In this document: positions 63,800 through 64,000 of the stretch, piece after piece
Numbering within the stretch: position 1 is the first letter of the stretch
How the letters are laid out: the number at the start of each line of letters is the position of its first letter
Origin: Mobula hypostoma
Taxonomy: Eukaryota
Direction: 5' to 3'
Assembly (NCBI RefSeq): GCF_963921235.1
Contig: NC_086097.1
Location: forward strand, 88,042,001 to 88,106,000
Length of the DNA stretch: 64,000 nucleotides
Position numbers and translations under genes: made by a program
The notes under the pieces: model-generated
Seen by the model: only the letters and a program-made list of their open reading frames with translations
Told to the model about the DNA's origin: nothing
Databases searched by the model: none

Positions 63800-64000
63800 G
63801 GTATACCTAGTGGCTCCAAAGGTAGTCATAGCCGGAGGGTGGTAGTGGGGACGAGCTCCCACTGCTAAACAAATGCTCTTCATGGCATGCGTCTCAAACA
63901 GCCTCTGACAACTAAGTCCAACTCCTGGCCTTCACATGTGGCATAGTTCTTATGCCTGGAGGAGCTGTTCTCACGGACAGGAGAAGGGGCAAAGGCGAGC
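63800..64000 (+). mobile_element. Probable 5' part of a further interspersed repeat, truncated by the window end
   Basis: Abrupt GC increase; hairpin TGGTAGTGGG/CCCACTGCTA at ~63840-63867; family not assignable from this window. Confidence 0.35.

Overview
This is eukaryotic DNA dominated by transposable elements, and I recognise no host protein-coding gene, so it is probably intronic or intergenic. The repeat mix (CR1 LINEs, V-SINEs, many Rex1/Babar fragments, Penelope-like elements) suggests a cartilaginous fish, possibly a ray; this is an inference. Retroelements: a Gmr1-type Gypsy provirus with integrase upstream of RT, two LTRs and a CCAG target-site duplication (TSD) but no PBS/gag/protease (14395-18854); three solo LTRs; two young 5'-truncated CR1s and an old near-full-length CR1 with zinc-finger/esterase ORF1; many Rex1/Babar pieces; two TSD-bounded non-coding retroposons with a YY1-like head; and two poly(A) tRNA-SINEs. 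About ten Penelope-like insertions are present, most forming inverted hairpins around minimal hammerhead ribozyme motifs; one is a perfect 94-bp palindrome. DNA transposon remnants include hAT, Tc1, pogo-like and Chapaev3. A gamma-type retroviral env fossil with an immunosuppressive-domain motif is split by younger insertions. Coordinates without TSD support are approximate.
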